From Gemmatimonadales bacterium (lineage in GTDB: Bacteria; Gemmatimonadota; Gemmatimonadetes; Gemmatimonadales; GWC2-71-9), in assembly GCA_035280265.1 (NCBI GenBank), contig DATEGE010000031.1, positions 3,995 through 67,994 of the forward strand: DNA of 64,000 bases. Reading direction: 5' to 3'. The first letter of the stretch is position 1; the number at the start of each line of letters is the position of its first letter. Below the pieces are notes generated by a model. It saw nothing but the letters and a program-made list of their open reading frames with translations. It had not been told where the DNA came from and searched no databases. Below, in pieces: positions 1 through 9,196 of this stretch. Made by a program: the position numbers and the translations under genes.

Positions 1-2862
1 GAGTACGGGCTCGATTTCACGGGCCTCTCCACTCAGGCGCTGTTCTTCGATTACGACGGGGACGGCGATCTCGACATGTACCTCCTGACCCACTCGCCCC
101 ACCCCGAGCGCGCGGCTGGAGGGTTGGGTGGCGACCGAGGGAGGAAAACCGGGGATCGCCTCTACCGAAACGACGGGGGCCATTTTGTGGACGTGAGCGA
201 CCACGCCGGCCTCCGCCGCGGCGAGGCGCGGTACGGGCTCGGCGTGGTCGCGAGCGACTTGAACGGGGACGGGTGCCCCGACCTCTACGTCGCCAACGAC
301 TTCCAGGAAGACGACTTCCTCTATATCAACAACTGCAACGGCACGTTCACGGAATCGATCGCGACCGCGGTCGGGCACACGAGCCACGCGTCGATGGGCG
401 TGGACGCCGCCGACGTGAACAACGACGGGCGGCCGGACGTGATGGAGCTCGACATGCTCCCGGAGCAGGAGAAGATCCTCAAGACTTCCGCTAACGCCGA
501 AAGCTACGACGTCTATCTGGCGAAGCTCGCGGCGGGTTATCACCCGCAATATGCCCGCAACACGCTGCAGCTCAACCGCGGCCACGGACGGTTCAGCGAG
601 ATCGGCTATCTCGCCGGCGTGTACGCGACCGATTGGAGCTGGGCCCCGCTGTTCGCCGACCTCGATAACGACGGCTATAAGGACCTCTTCATTACTACCG
701 GCATTTATCGCCGGCCCAATGACTTGGATTACTTGGCGTACGTGGCTGATCCGGTGGTCCAGGCGTCGCTGCGGCAGGGCACAGCCGAGGTCACGCGCAC
801 TGTCATCAGGAAAATGCCCCAAGTCGCCACCCCGAACTACGCCTATCGCAACAACGGGGACCTGACATTCACGAACCAGGCTCGAGCCTGGGGGCTGGCG
901 CAGCCGGGTTTCTCGAACGGCGCCGCGTACGTGGACCTGAACAATTCAGGCGCGCTCGATCTCGTGGTGAACCGGCTCAACGCGCCGGCGGCGATCTACC
1001 GGAATCGCGCGCGCGAGCTGACCGGGAACCATTACCTGCAGGTCGTGCTGAAGGGCTCCGGGACCAATACCGGCGGCATCGGCGCGAAAGTGATCGTCAA
1101 ACAGGGCGGCACAGGCGGCACCGGCGGCAAGGACGGCAACGTACAGATGCTCGAGCAGTTCCCGACGCGCGGTTTCCAATCCTCCGTTGATCCGCGACTG
1201 CATTTCGGGCTGGGATCTGCCCAGCAAGTCGACTCGCTGATCGTGATGTGGCCCGATCGGCGTCGGCAGGTGTTGACCGGCGTGGCCGCCGATCGCACGG
1301 TCACGCTCTCGCAGCGGGATGCCACGTTGCCGTCCCCAATCCCTACCCCCCATTCCCTAACCCCCTTTTTCACCGACGTCACCGATCAGCTGCGCGTCGA
1401 CTTCAAGCATCACGAGAACGCCTTCTACGACTTCCACCGCGAGCCCCTGATTCCTCATCTCGTGTCGGCCGAGGGACCCGCCCTGGCGATCGCGGACGTG
1501 AACGGCGATGGATTGGACGACATCTACGTCGGGGGCGCCAAGTGGCAGGGTGGGCGACTCTTTATTCAGCGCCGGGACGGCACCTTCGAGGCGACCGCCC
1601 AACCCGCTTTCCAGGCGGACAGCCTCAGCGAAGACGTGGACGCGGTCTTCTTCGACGCCAACGGGGACGGGTATCCCGATCTCTACGTGGTGAGTGGCGG
1701 CAACGAGTTCTCGAAGGAAGACGAGCCGCTCCAGGACCGGCTTTACCTGAATGACGGGCACGGGCGATTCCACCGCGACTCGCTCGCGTTACCGCGCTTC
1801 GCCGAGAGCGGCGCGTGTGTGGTGCCGGGCGATTTCAACGGCGACGGCCACGTCGATCTCTTCGTGGGGCGGCGGGTGGTGGCGCGGGCGTACGGGGTCA
1901 CGCCGCGCAGCTATCTGCTGGAGAACGACGGACGCGGGCACTTCCGGGACGTGACGGCCGAGAAGGCCCCGGCCCTGGCCGACGCGGGGATGGTGACGGC
2001 GGCGGCGTGGGTCGATTACGACCACGACGGCAAGCTCGATCTCATCGTCACCGGGGAATGGATGCCGGTGCGCGTGTTCCATCAGGAAAACGGTCGCTTC
2101 GTCGATCGGACGCGCGAGGCGGGGCTGGCGGGAACGGAAGGGTGGTGGAACAGCATCACCGTCGCGGACGTGAACGGCGACGGGCGCCCCGACCTCGTCC
2201 TCGGCAATCTCGGGCTGAACTCCTACCTTCGGGCCACGCCGGCGGAGCCCGCGCGCTTGTACGTCGCCGATTTCGGGCACACCCGTGGGCTCGAGCAGCT
2301 CCTCACGTTCTACAAGCACGGGGTCAGCTATCCCGTCGCCGGCCGGGACGAGCTGCTCAGTCTGATCCCGAGCCTGCGGAAACGCTACACCACCTACGCC
2401 GACTTCGGCGCGAGCCGCGTCGAGGACATCTTCAGCTCGCAAGACCTCGCCCACGCGACGGTTCGCGAGGCCCGCGTGCTCGCGAGCGCGGTCGCGTTGA
2501 ACAACGGGAACGGAACGTTCACGCTTGAGTCGCTGCCCGTGGAGGCCCAGTTCGCCCCGATCCGCGCGGTGTTAGCGGGGGACTTCGACGGCGATGGGCG
2601 GACGGATCTGCTCGTCGCGGGAAACGACTTCGGCGTCCCCCCCGTGTTCGGGCGATATGATGCCAGCTATGGCTTATTGCTGCGCGGGACGGGAGGCGGG
2701 CGTTTCGAGGCGGTCGATATGGAACGCACCAACGTCGTGATCGACGGACAGGTGCGCCACATGGCATGGCTCCGGCAGGCGGGTGGCGGGCGGCTGGTGG
2801 TCGTGGCGCGGAACAACGACAGGCTGCAGATCCTGCGGGGCAATCGGCCTAGACGTCGCTGA
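1..2862 (+). CDS. FG-GAP/VCBS-repeat protein with ASPIC/UnbV domain (CRTAC1-like), 5' partial
   Basis: Many DxNxDGxxD repeats; RGFQSSVDPRLHFGLG ASPIC/UnbV motif. Frame is open from base 1 (EYGLDFTGLSTQALFFDYDGDGDLD), so the gene starts upstream of the window. Confidence 0.85.
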   Translation, partial: EYGLDFTGLSTQALFFDYDGDGDLDMYLLTHSPHPERAAGGLGGDRGRKTGDRLYRNDGGHFVDVSDHAGLRRGEARYGLGVVASDLNGDGCPDLYVANDFQEDDFLYINNCNGTFTESIATAVGHTSHASMGVDAADVNNDGRPDVMELDMLPEQEKILKTSANAESYDVYLAKLAAGYHPQYARNTLQLNRGHGRFSEIGYLAGVYATDWSWAPLFADLDNDGYKDLFITTGIYRRPNDLDYLAYVADPVVQASLRQGTAEVTRTVIRKMPQVATPNYAYRNNGDLTFTNQARAWGLAQPGFSNGAAYVDLNNSGALDLVVNRLNAPAAIYRNRARELTGNHYLQVVLKGSGTNTGGIGAKVIVKQGGTGGTGGKDGNVQMLEQFPTRGFQSSVDPRLHFGLGSAQQVDSLIVMWPDRRRQVLTGVAADRTVTLSQRDATLPSPIPTPHSLTPFFTDVTDQLRVDFKHHENAFYDFHREPLIPHLVSAEGPALAIADVNGDGLDDIYVGGAKWQGGRLFIQRRDGTFEATAQPAFQADSLSEDVDAVFFDANGDGYPDLYVVSGGNEFSKEDEPLQDRLYLNDGHGRFHRDSLALPRFAESGACVVPGDFNGDGHVDLFVGRRVVARAYGVTPRSYLLENDGRGHFRDVTAEKAPALADAGMVTAAAWVDYDHDGKLDLIVTGEWMPVRVFHQENGRFVDRTREAGLAGTEGWWNSITVADVNGDGRPDLVLGNLGLNSYLRATPAEPARLYVADFGHTRGLEQLLTFYKHGVSYPVAGRDELLSLIPSLRKRYTTYADFGASRVEDIFSSQDLAHATVREARVLASAVALNNGNGTFTLESLPVEAQFAPIRAVLAGDFDGDGRTDLLVAGNDFGVPPVFGRYDASYGLLLRGTGGGRFEAVDMERTNVVIDGQVRHMAWLRQAGGGRLVVVARNNDRLQILRGNRPRRR
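1334..1365 (+). repeat. C-rich heptamer-period repeat inside the CDS linker
   Basis: CCCCAAT CCCTACC CCCCATT CCCTAAC CCCC, encoding part of the PSPIPTPHSLTP linker. Confidence 0.6.
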
Positions 2863-2889
2863 GCGAAGGCCTGACGTGCCGGCATCGGT

Positions 2890-3759
2890 TCATGCGGGAG
2901 GAGGCGGGATAACGCGGGTCTTGCGCAGGTCGATCGCCATCGCCAGCGGGCCCACGATCGCAAGTGCGAGGATCGGCGGGGCGGGGTAGAGCGCCCGGAA
3001 TGCCGCCACATGATAATCGCCGGCCAAGCGGATGCCCGCCTCCGCCACGGCTACCAGGGCAGCCACGATGGTGCGCCCTCGCATCGTGCTCACCGTGGTC
3101 TTCGGATCTGTGACCATGAAGAAGATGAAGAGCTGGTACATCGGGCCGGTGATCGGCGCGATCTCCGCGAGCAGCGGGCCACCCACGATCCAGTGGCGCA
3201 GGGTGGCCAGGGCGATGAAACTGGCCACATACGTCAGCGTCACGTGCAGCATGCGGACGCGCGAAACGATGAGGAGCCCGAAGCCCCAGATCACCGCGTT
3301 CGTCGCCAGTTCGTTGCCAAACTGGTGGCTCAAAATGGCGACGCTCCCCGGCGCCGCGACCAGCAGTAAGCTGATCGCGAAGTTGCTCGGATTCCAGAGA
3401 TGCCGGCCGCGGTATTGCAGCACGTACTTCGAGGCGATGCCGAGAAACCCTCCGAGCGCGAAGGGCCACAGCAGATCGGCCCGCGGCTTGATCAGGAGCG
3501 CGAGGCTGATCCCCGTGATGTACGCGCTCGCCACGTTGGCGAAGCGCCCGCGCAGCCAGCGCGACAGGACCAGCTCCGTCGCCACGCAGGTGCCGAGCGC
3601 CGTGGCGAGCCGCGGGTAGCCGCCGAGGATCCCGTAGCGTGCCTCGCCCAGCACCAGGATGAGCGTAATAAGGAAGGAGACCGGATAGCGGGGATCCATC
3701 CGGGCCAGGCGCGCCCAGAGCCCGACGCTAGCTGGTTGGGCGAGGCTCGGTGATGACAT
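2890..3759 (-). CDS. UnbU-like / NQR2-RnfD-RnfE family integral membrane protein
   Basis: Multi-TM protein with SAYITGISLALL, KYVL..RGRHLWNPSNF and FFMVTDPKT motifs of the RnfD/NqrB-like family; overlaps the 3' end of the upstream UnbV-domain gene; no other rnf/nqr genes. Confidence 0.7.
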   Translation of the reverse strand: MSSPSLAQPASVGLWARLARMDPRYPVSFLITLILVLGEARYGILGGYPRLATALGTCVATELVLSRWLRGRFANVASAYITGISLALLIKPRADLLWPFALGGFLGIASKYVLQYRGRHLWNPSNFAISLLLVAAPGSVAILSHQFGNELATNAVIWGFGLLIVSRVRMLHVTLTYVASFIALATLRHWIVGGPLLAEIAPITGPMYQLFIFFMVTDPKTTVSTMRGRTIVAALVAVAEAGIRLAGDYHVAAFRALYPAPPILALAIVGPLAMAIDLRKTRVIPPPPA

Positions 3760-5491
3760 GCATCTGGTCGGCCGCCGGGTGGCCGATTGTCTGCACCGTC
3801 CCCGACGGCCAGCGAATCACGGCGCTATCGACGGACGCCGCCGGACCCAGCCCGAAGTGAAGCCGGCGGTCGTTCTGGCTCGCGAACCCCATCCCGCCTT
3901 CCACAACCCTGAGCTGACGGCTCTGCCCTGTCACGACGGTCACCTCGGCGCCGATCGCGCTCCGGTTCGAGCGCGTGCCCACCAGCTTGAACCCGATCCA
4001 GTGATTGCCAGGTGTGACGGTGTTCTTGTAGACCAGGGCCGGCTGGTTCTGGTTCGCGACGACGACGTCGAGCACACCCCGGTTGAACAGGTCCACAAAT
4101 GCCACGGCGCGTCCGTCGTACTCGTCGGTCACGCCGGCCGCTTCCGCGACGTCCTTCCAGCCGGCCAATCCACGGCTCACGAGCACGCGCGATCGCTCGT
4201 ACCCCGACAGGCTGGCGGTGCCGATCGCCGGCCACGTCTTCGCGTCCTCGAACACATTGCCATTCGCCCCCGCGATCTTCGACATCGCGTACCAGTAGCT
4301 GCGGTTGCGATCGGCGGAGACGTAGCCGTTGACGATGAACAGCTCGTTGCGTCCGTCGTTGTCCAGGTCACCGAGCTGCGCGCCCCAGGCCCAGCCTGCG
4401 TCTACGAGCGCTCCTTCCGCCCCCTGCTGGAACCGCCCCAGCTCGGGGAGGAAGTTGAGACGCAGGTTGTTCCCTTGAAACAGGTAGCCGGGCTCCGAGA
4501 TGTTCGTCACGAACGCATCCAGCCGGCCGCGGTTCATCACGTCGCCGAGCGTCGCCGACATGCCGCTCTTGGAGTCGTTCTCGAGCCCCACCCGGCTCAG
4601 CACGAAGCGCCGGCCGTGGTCGTTCAGGTACAGCTCCTCCGGTCCGTAATCGTTCGCCAGGAACAGATCCGGCCAGCCGTCGCCGTTGAAGTCTCCCGCG
4701 GAGACGGCGAGGGTCCAGCGCTTACTCCCGACGCCCATCTTGTCGGTGACATCCTCGAAGCGACCATTCCCGAGGTTGTGGAACAGGCGGTGCCCACCGC
4801 CGTTGTTCGCGAACTCGAAGCTGTTCTCCATGATGCGCGTCGTCTTCAAATGCCACAGGTCGATGTCGGAGCGGAAGTAGCTGGTGACGTAGAGATCGAG
4901 CAGTCCGTCCCGATCGTAGTCGAACCAGACCGCCCCGTTCGAGTTCATCCAGCGGCGCAGCCCGGCCGCCTCGGTCACGTCCTTGAAGTGCAGGTTCCCC
5001 ATGTTCTTGAAGAGCTGGAGATAGCCCCACTTGTAGATCAGCAGGTCTTCGAGTCCGTCGTTGTCATAGTCTCCCCACACCGCCCCCATCGAGACGCCCT
5101 CGCCCGGGCGGTTCACGTCGGCGACTCCGGCAGCGCGGGCGGTATCGACGAACGTGCCGTCGCCGCGATTGATATACAGCGCGTTGGGTTGTCCGAATCG
5201 GCTGTTCGTCAGGTAGAGGTCGGGCCAGCCGTCGTTGTTGGCGTCCACGACCGACACGGAGGCGCCCAGCGATCCCACGAGCGGGGCGATGTTGTCGAGC
5301 CTGCGGTCGAGGGTCGGCCCGTGGTGCACGAAGTCGATCCCCATCTGGTGGGCGACTTCGGTGAAGTGAAACCCGGGCGCGTCGCGGTCACCGCTCCCGC
5401 GATCGGCGCGGCCGTTGAGAGCGATGACGAGGGCAATGGCGACGAGAAACGACGCCACGACGGCGCCGCGGCGCCACGACTGGAGGGTCAC
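3728..5491 (-). CDS. CRTAC1-family FG-GAP/ASPIC-UnbV protein
   Basis: N-terminal TM/signal, FG-GAP repeats, GWAWG motif, C-terminal GFASQNDRRLHFGLG; GTG start. Confidence 0.85.
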   Translation of the reverse strand: MTLQSWRRGAVVASFLVAIALVIALNGRADRGSGDRDAPGFHFTEVAHQMGIDFVHHGPTLDRRLDNIAPLVGSLGASVSVVDANNDGWPDLYLTNSRFGQPNALYINRGDGTFVDTARAAGVADVNRPGEGVSMGAVWGDYDNDGLEDLLIYKWGYLQLFKNMGNLHFKDVTEAAGLRRWMNSNGAVWFDYDRDGLLDLYVTSYFRSDIDLWHLKTTRIMENSFEFANNGGGHRLFHNLGNGRFEDVTDKMGVGSKRWTLAVSAGDFNGDGWPDLFLANDYGPEELYLNDHGRRFVLSRVGLENDSKSGMSATLGDVMNRGRLDAFVTNISEPGYLFQGNNLRLNFLPELGRFQQGAEGALVDAGWAWGAQLGDLDNDGRNELFIVNGYVSADRNRSYWYAMSKIAGANGNVFEDAKTWPAIGTASLSGYERSRVLVSRGLAGWKDVAEAAGVTDEYDGRAVAFVDLFNRGVLDVVVANQNQPALVYKNTVTPGNHWIGFKLVGTRSNRSAIGAEVTVVTGQSRQLRVVEGGMGFASQNDRRLHFGLGPAASVDSAVIRWPSGTVQTIGHPAADQMHVITEPRPTS

Positions 5492-5547
5492 GGCCTGAAC
5501 GATACCAAGACTTGTCCGACCGCGCGACGCGGGCGATCTTGCGGCCC

Positions 5548-8500
5548 ATGTCCGCGTTCCGACTTCCGCGTTCCGCGTTCGGGCCGTGCCTGGCGCTCGC
5601 GATCGGTTGCCGGGGCGCCGTTCCCGGGGACTCCGTCGCCCGCAGTGATTCTGCCGTCACCGCCCGCACCTGGGGACTGGCCTATCTGCAGCAGAACCAG
5701 CTGCCCAAAGCCGAGGCGGAGTTCCGCAAGGTCGTCGGGCTCGCGCCCGATCAGGCGCTCGGCTACGCGAATCTCGGCCTCGTCTACTTGCGGGAGGGGC
5801 GCTACCGCGATGCCGAATCGCAGCTCGCCAAGGCGCGCGCGCTCGATTCCACCAACGCGGATGTCGGGATGATGCTGGCGCGAGTGTACGCCGAGACCGG
5901 CAGAGAAGCCGCTGCACGGCGCGAGATCGAGCGGGTGCTGCAGCGCGACTCGACCGACATCCGGGCGCTGTACGCCCTGGCGCAGCTCCCCGGGGAGCCG
6001 CGCGAAGGTTTGCTCCGCCGTATTCTCGCTCGCGCTCCGGTGAACCTGGTGACGCGGCTCGATCTGATCGACTTGCTGCTCGCGCGCGGGGCCGCCGACG
6101 CCGCGGCCGCGGAGCTCGAAACGCTGCAACGCCAGCTCCCGCAGTTGCCGCGCGAGGCGGCGCGGTACTTCGACGCGAGCCTCCGCGCGGCGCGCGCGGG
6201 GGCGGGGGTGGGAGCGGGGCGGGTGTCCGAGGCGGCAGTTCAGGCGGCGCGGTTTCATCGCGCGATGGAAGTCACCGCCGCGTATCAGGTCAGCCTGCAG
6301 CACTTGGGCGGGGCGGGCGGGGCGGGCGGCGCGCTCGTGGGATATCCGGTCCTGACGTTCAGCCCCAACTTGGCCGTGCCAACGGAAGACGCGCGGGCCG
6401 TCGCCGCGGGGATCCGCTTCACCGACGTCACGGAGGGCAGCGGGCTCGAGGGTGTGGAGGCCCTCCCCGACAGCGTGGCGGCATCGCTCGAGCGCGCGGT
6501 GGCGCTCGCGGCGGGCGACTACGACGACGACGAGGCCGAGGACCTGTACGTCGGCGGTCATCTGTTCCGGGGGACTTTGGGACGGTTCGTGGAGACCACG
6601 GACGGTGCAGGCGTTGAACTGCGGGATCGCGCCACGGCGGCGGCATTCGGTGACTTCGACAACGACGGGCGGCTCGACCTGTACGTCGCTCGTCGTGGCG
6701 GCGCCAGCTTGTTTCGCAATCTGGGCGACGGCAAGTTTCGCGACGTGGCCGCCTCGGCCGGCCTCGCCGACTCGGGTGCGGCCACCGCCGCGCGGTTCGT
6801 GGACCTGGACCACGACGGTGACCTCGACCTCCTGCTCGCGACCCCCGCGGGAACCCGCGCCTACCGCAATAACCTCGACGGCACGTTTCGCGAGATGGCC
6901 ACCCAGATGGGCCTGGCCGTGGAGCACAGCCGCGACGCCACGTTCGGCGATTTCGACGGCGATGGCCGCGTCGACATCGTCGTCGTTGGCACCGACGGGC
7001 GCCTCCGGCTCTTCCACAACCTCGGCCAGGGGCACTTCGAGGATGTGACGGCCGCGAGCGGCCTCGCCGGCGCCGAGCACGCCGCCGCCGTCGCGGTCGG
7101 CGACTACGACAACGATGGGTTCCTCGATCTGTTCGTCACGTCGCTCGCCGGGCCAGGGCCGGTCCTGTACCACAATCGGGGCGACGGGACGTTCGAGATC
7201 GACGCTCGGACGCGTGCGCTGCGGCGGGCGCTGTCCGGCGTGGCGGGCCTCGACGCCGTCTTCTTCGACTTCGACAATGATGGCTGGCTGGATCTGTTGG
7301 TGGTGGGCAGGCCCGGACCGGCTCGGCTGACCCCGGGCCGGCGGCCCGGGGGCGTTTTCCTCTTCCGCAATGACCGCACACGCGGCTTCGAGGACGTGTC
7401 GTCGATCCTCCCGACCGACCTCCGGGCCGGCCGGGCGGTCGCCGTCGCCGACTTCGATCAGGACGGGGATCTCGATCTGATCGTGGTCGGCTCGGACGGC
7501 AAGCCCCGTCTGCTCCGCAACGACGGTGGCAATGTGAGCCAGTACGTGGACGTCCGGCTCGCCGCGCTGCGCCAGGGAAGTGGCAAGAACAACACCTTCG
7601 GGTACGGCGCCACCCTGGAGCTGCGGGCGCGCGATCTGTACCAGCTGCGGCTGGTGACCGACCGCGTGACGCACTTCGGCCTGGGGCGCCGGCTCAAAGC
7701 CGACGTGTTGCGCGTAGGCTGGCCCAACGGCGTGTCGCAAACCGTCTACTACCCGGGGACGGAAGAAGATGTGCTGGAGCAGCAGCTCCTCAAGGGATCA
7801 TGCCCGTTCCTGTACGTGTGGGGGGGGGACGGCCGCGGCTTCACCTTCGCGACGGACGTGATGTGGAACAGCGCGCTGGGGATGCCCTTGGGCATCATGA
7901 CGCGGGAGGGCGGTATCATGTCCGCCTCGCCACGCGCGTCCCAGGAGTACCTGCGCATCCCGAGCGGACTGCTGCAGCCGCGCGATGGTCGCTACGAGCT
8001 GCGGCTCACCGAGGAGCTGTGGGAGACAGGCTATCTCGACGAGGTGCGGCTGCTCGCCGTCGACCATCCGGACTCGGTGCAGATGTATCTGAATGAGCGC
8101 TTTACGCCGGCGGGGGTGTCCGCGCTGCGCCTCTATCCGGTCGCGCGCCCGCGGCCGCCCGTGGCGGCGACCGACGAACGGGGGAACGATCTGCTGCCCG
8201 CTCTCCGCGCGCAAGATTTCGTCTTTGCCGCGACGCTCGTCCCCGCACGCTATCAGGGCCTGACCGAGCCGCACGATCTCGTGCTCGACTTCGGCGCCCT
8301 CGCCGGGATGGACAGCGTGTTCCTCTTCTTGACCGGCTGGATCTACCCCACCGACGCGAGCATCAACTTCGCGCTGGCCCAGTCCCAGGCGCTGCACGTC
8401 GTGCCGCTCCAGCTCCAGGTGCGGGACGTCGCCGGCGAATGGCGCACGGTGATTCCCGATCTCGGGTTTCCGGCGGGCAAGAACAAGACCATCATCGTGG

Positions 8501-9093
8501 ATCTCACCGGGAAGTTCTTGAGCAATGACACGCGGGTACGAATCCGCACCAACATGGAGATCTATTGGGATCGGGCGTTTGTCGCGGCGACGGCCTCGGC
8601 GAGCCCGGTGGCGGTGACGAGGTTGCCCCTGATCACCGCCGATCTCCGGTATCGCGGATTCTCCCGCATGTACCGGAAGGGGGGGCGCTATGGGCCGCAG
8701 TGGTACGACTACAACGACGTCTCGCGCGACGCGGCGTGGGCGCCGATCCCTGGCGCGCTCACCCGCTATGGCGACGTGTTGCCGCTGCTCCGCTCCTCCG
8801 ACGACATGTACGCGATCTTCGGGCCCGGCGACGAGATCGCACTGCAGTTCGACACCGCTGGGGCGCCGCCACTCCCCACGGGGTGGACGCGCGATTTCGT
8901 GCTGTATTCCGATGCATGGCTGAAGGACGCCGATTTGAACACGTCCGGTGGAGGCACGGTGGAGCCGCTGCCGTTCCACGCCATGTCGCGCTACCCCTAC
9001 GGCGGCGACGAAGCGTTTCCGACGGACGCCGGGCATCGGCGCTTCGTGGAGACGTACAACACGCGGCGGGTGGGGCGGGGTCGAGGCCGCTAA
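5548..9093 (+). CDS. TPR + FG-GAP + ASPIC/UnbV protein with a large C-terminal domain (SCPFLY motif)
   Basis: TPR helices (GLAYLQQNQLPKAEAEF..), FG-GAP repeats, VTHFGLG, KGSCPFLY. ATG 5548 preferred over TTG 5512; LAIGC lipobox-like sequence. Confidence 0.85.
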   Translation: MSAFRLPRSAFGPCLALAIGCRGAVPGDSVARSDSAVTARTWGLAYLQQNQLPKAEAEFRKVVGLAPDQALGYANLGLVYLREGRYRDAESQLAKARALDSTNADVGMMLARVYAETGREAAARREIERVLQRDSTDIRALYALAQLPGEPREGLLRRILARAPVNLVTRLDLIDLLLARGAADAAAAELETLQRQLPQLPREAARYFDASLRAARAGAGVGAGRVSEAAVQAARFHRAMEVTAAYQVSLQHLGGAGGAGGALVGYPVLTFSPNLAVPTEDARAVAAGIRFTDVTEGSGLEGVEALPDSVAASLERAVALAAGDYDDDEAEDLYVGGHLFRGTLGRFVETTDGAGVELRDRATAAAFGDFDNDGRLDLYVARRGGASLFRNLGDGKFRDVAASAGLADSGAATAARFVDLDHDGDLDLLLATPAGTRAYRNNLDGTFREMATQMGLAVEHSRDATFGDFDGDGRVDIVVVGTDGRLRLFHNLGQGHFEDVTAASGLAGAEHAAAVAVGDYDNDGFLDLFVTSLAGPGPVLYHNRGDGTFEIDARTRALRRALSGVAGLDAVFFDFDNDGWLDLLVVGRPGPARLTPGRRPGGVFLFRNDRTRGFEDVSSILPTDLRAGRAVAVADFDQDGDLDLIVVGSDGKPRLLRNDGGNVSQYVDVRLAALRQGSGKNNTFGYGATLELRARDLYQLRLVTDRVTHFGLGRRLKADVLRVGWPNGVSQTVYYPGTEEDVLEQQLLKGSCPFLYVWGGDGRGFTFATDVMWNSALGMPLGIMTREGGIMSASPRASQEYLRIPSGLLQPRDGRYELRLTEELWETGYLDEVRLLAVDHPDSVQMYLNERFTPAGVSALRLYPVARPRPPVAATDERGNDLLPALRAQDFVFAATLVPARYQGLTEPHDLVLDFGALAGMDSVFLFLTGWIYPTDASINFALAQSQALHVVPLQLQVRDVAGEWRTVIPDLGFPAGKNKTIIVDLTGKFLSNDTRVRIRTNMEIYWDRAFVAATASASPVAVTRLPLITADLRYRGFSRMYRKGGRYGPQWYDYNDVSRDAAWAPIPGALTRYGDVLPLLRSSDDMYAIFGPGDEIALQFDTAGAPPLPTGWTRDFVLYSDAWLKDADLNTSGGGTVEPLPFHAMSRYPYGGDEAFPTDAGHRRFVETYNTRRVGRGRGR
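5551..5578 (+). repeat. 4 x 7-bp tandem repeat (TCCGCGT)
   Basis: TCCGCGT TCCGACT TCCGCGT TCCGCGT immediately after the ATG. Confidence 0.7.
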
Positions 9094-9121
9094 AGAGTTC
9101 TGTACAGGAGAGGGTGACGCT

Positions 9122-9166
9122 GGGGTGGGGGCGCCAAGGCGCGCGTTGCGCGTTAGCCCCCACCCC
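9122..9166. terminator. GC-rich inverted repeat between convergent genes (terminator or REP-like)
   Basis: GGGGTGGGGGC ... GCCCCCACCCC arms in the 9094-9196 gap; no clear U-tract. Confidence 0.4.
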
Positions 9167-9196
9167 CACGCTGCGCATGGCTCCTGCTGACTTGCC

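Noticed and set aside
2890-3759. Rnf/Nqr respiratory complex
   Set aside because: Only one RnfD-like gene with no other subunits, and no obvious SGAT FMN-attachment motif; context points to UnbU.
1-9093. Enediyne biosynthetic gene cluster
   Set aside because: No PKSE, thioesterase or UnbL and no other biosynthetic genes in the window.
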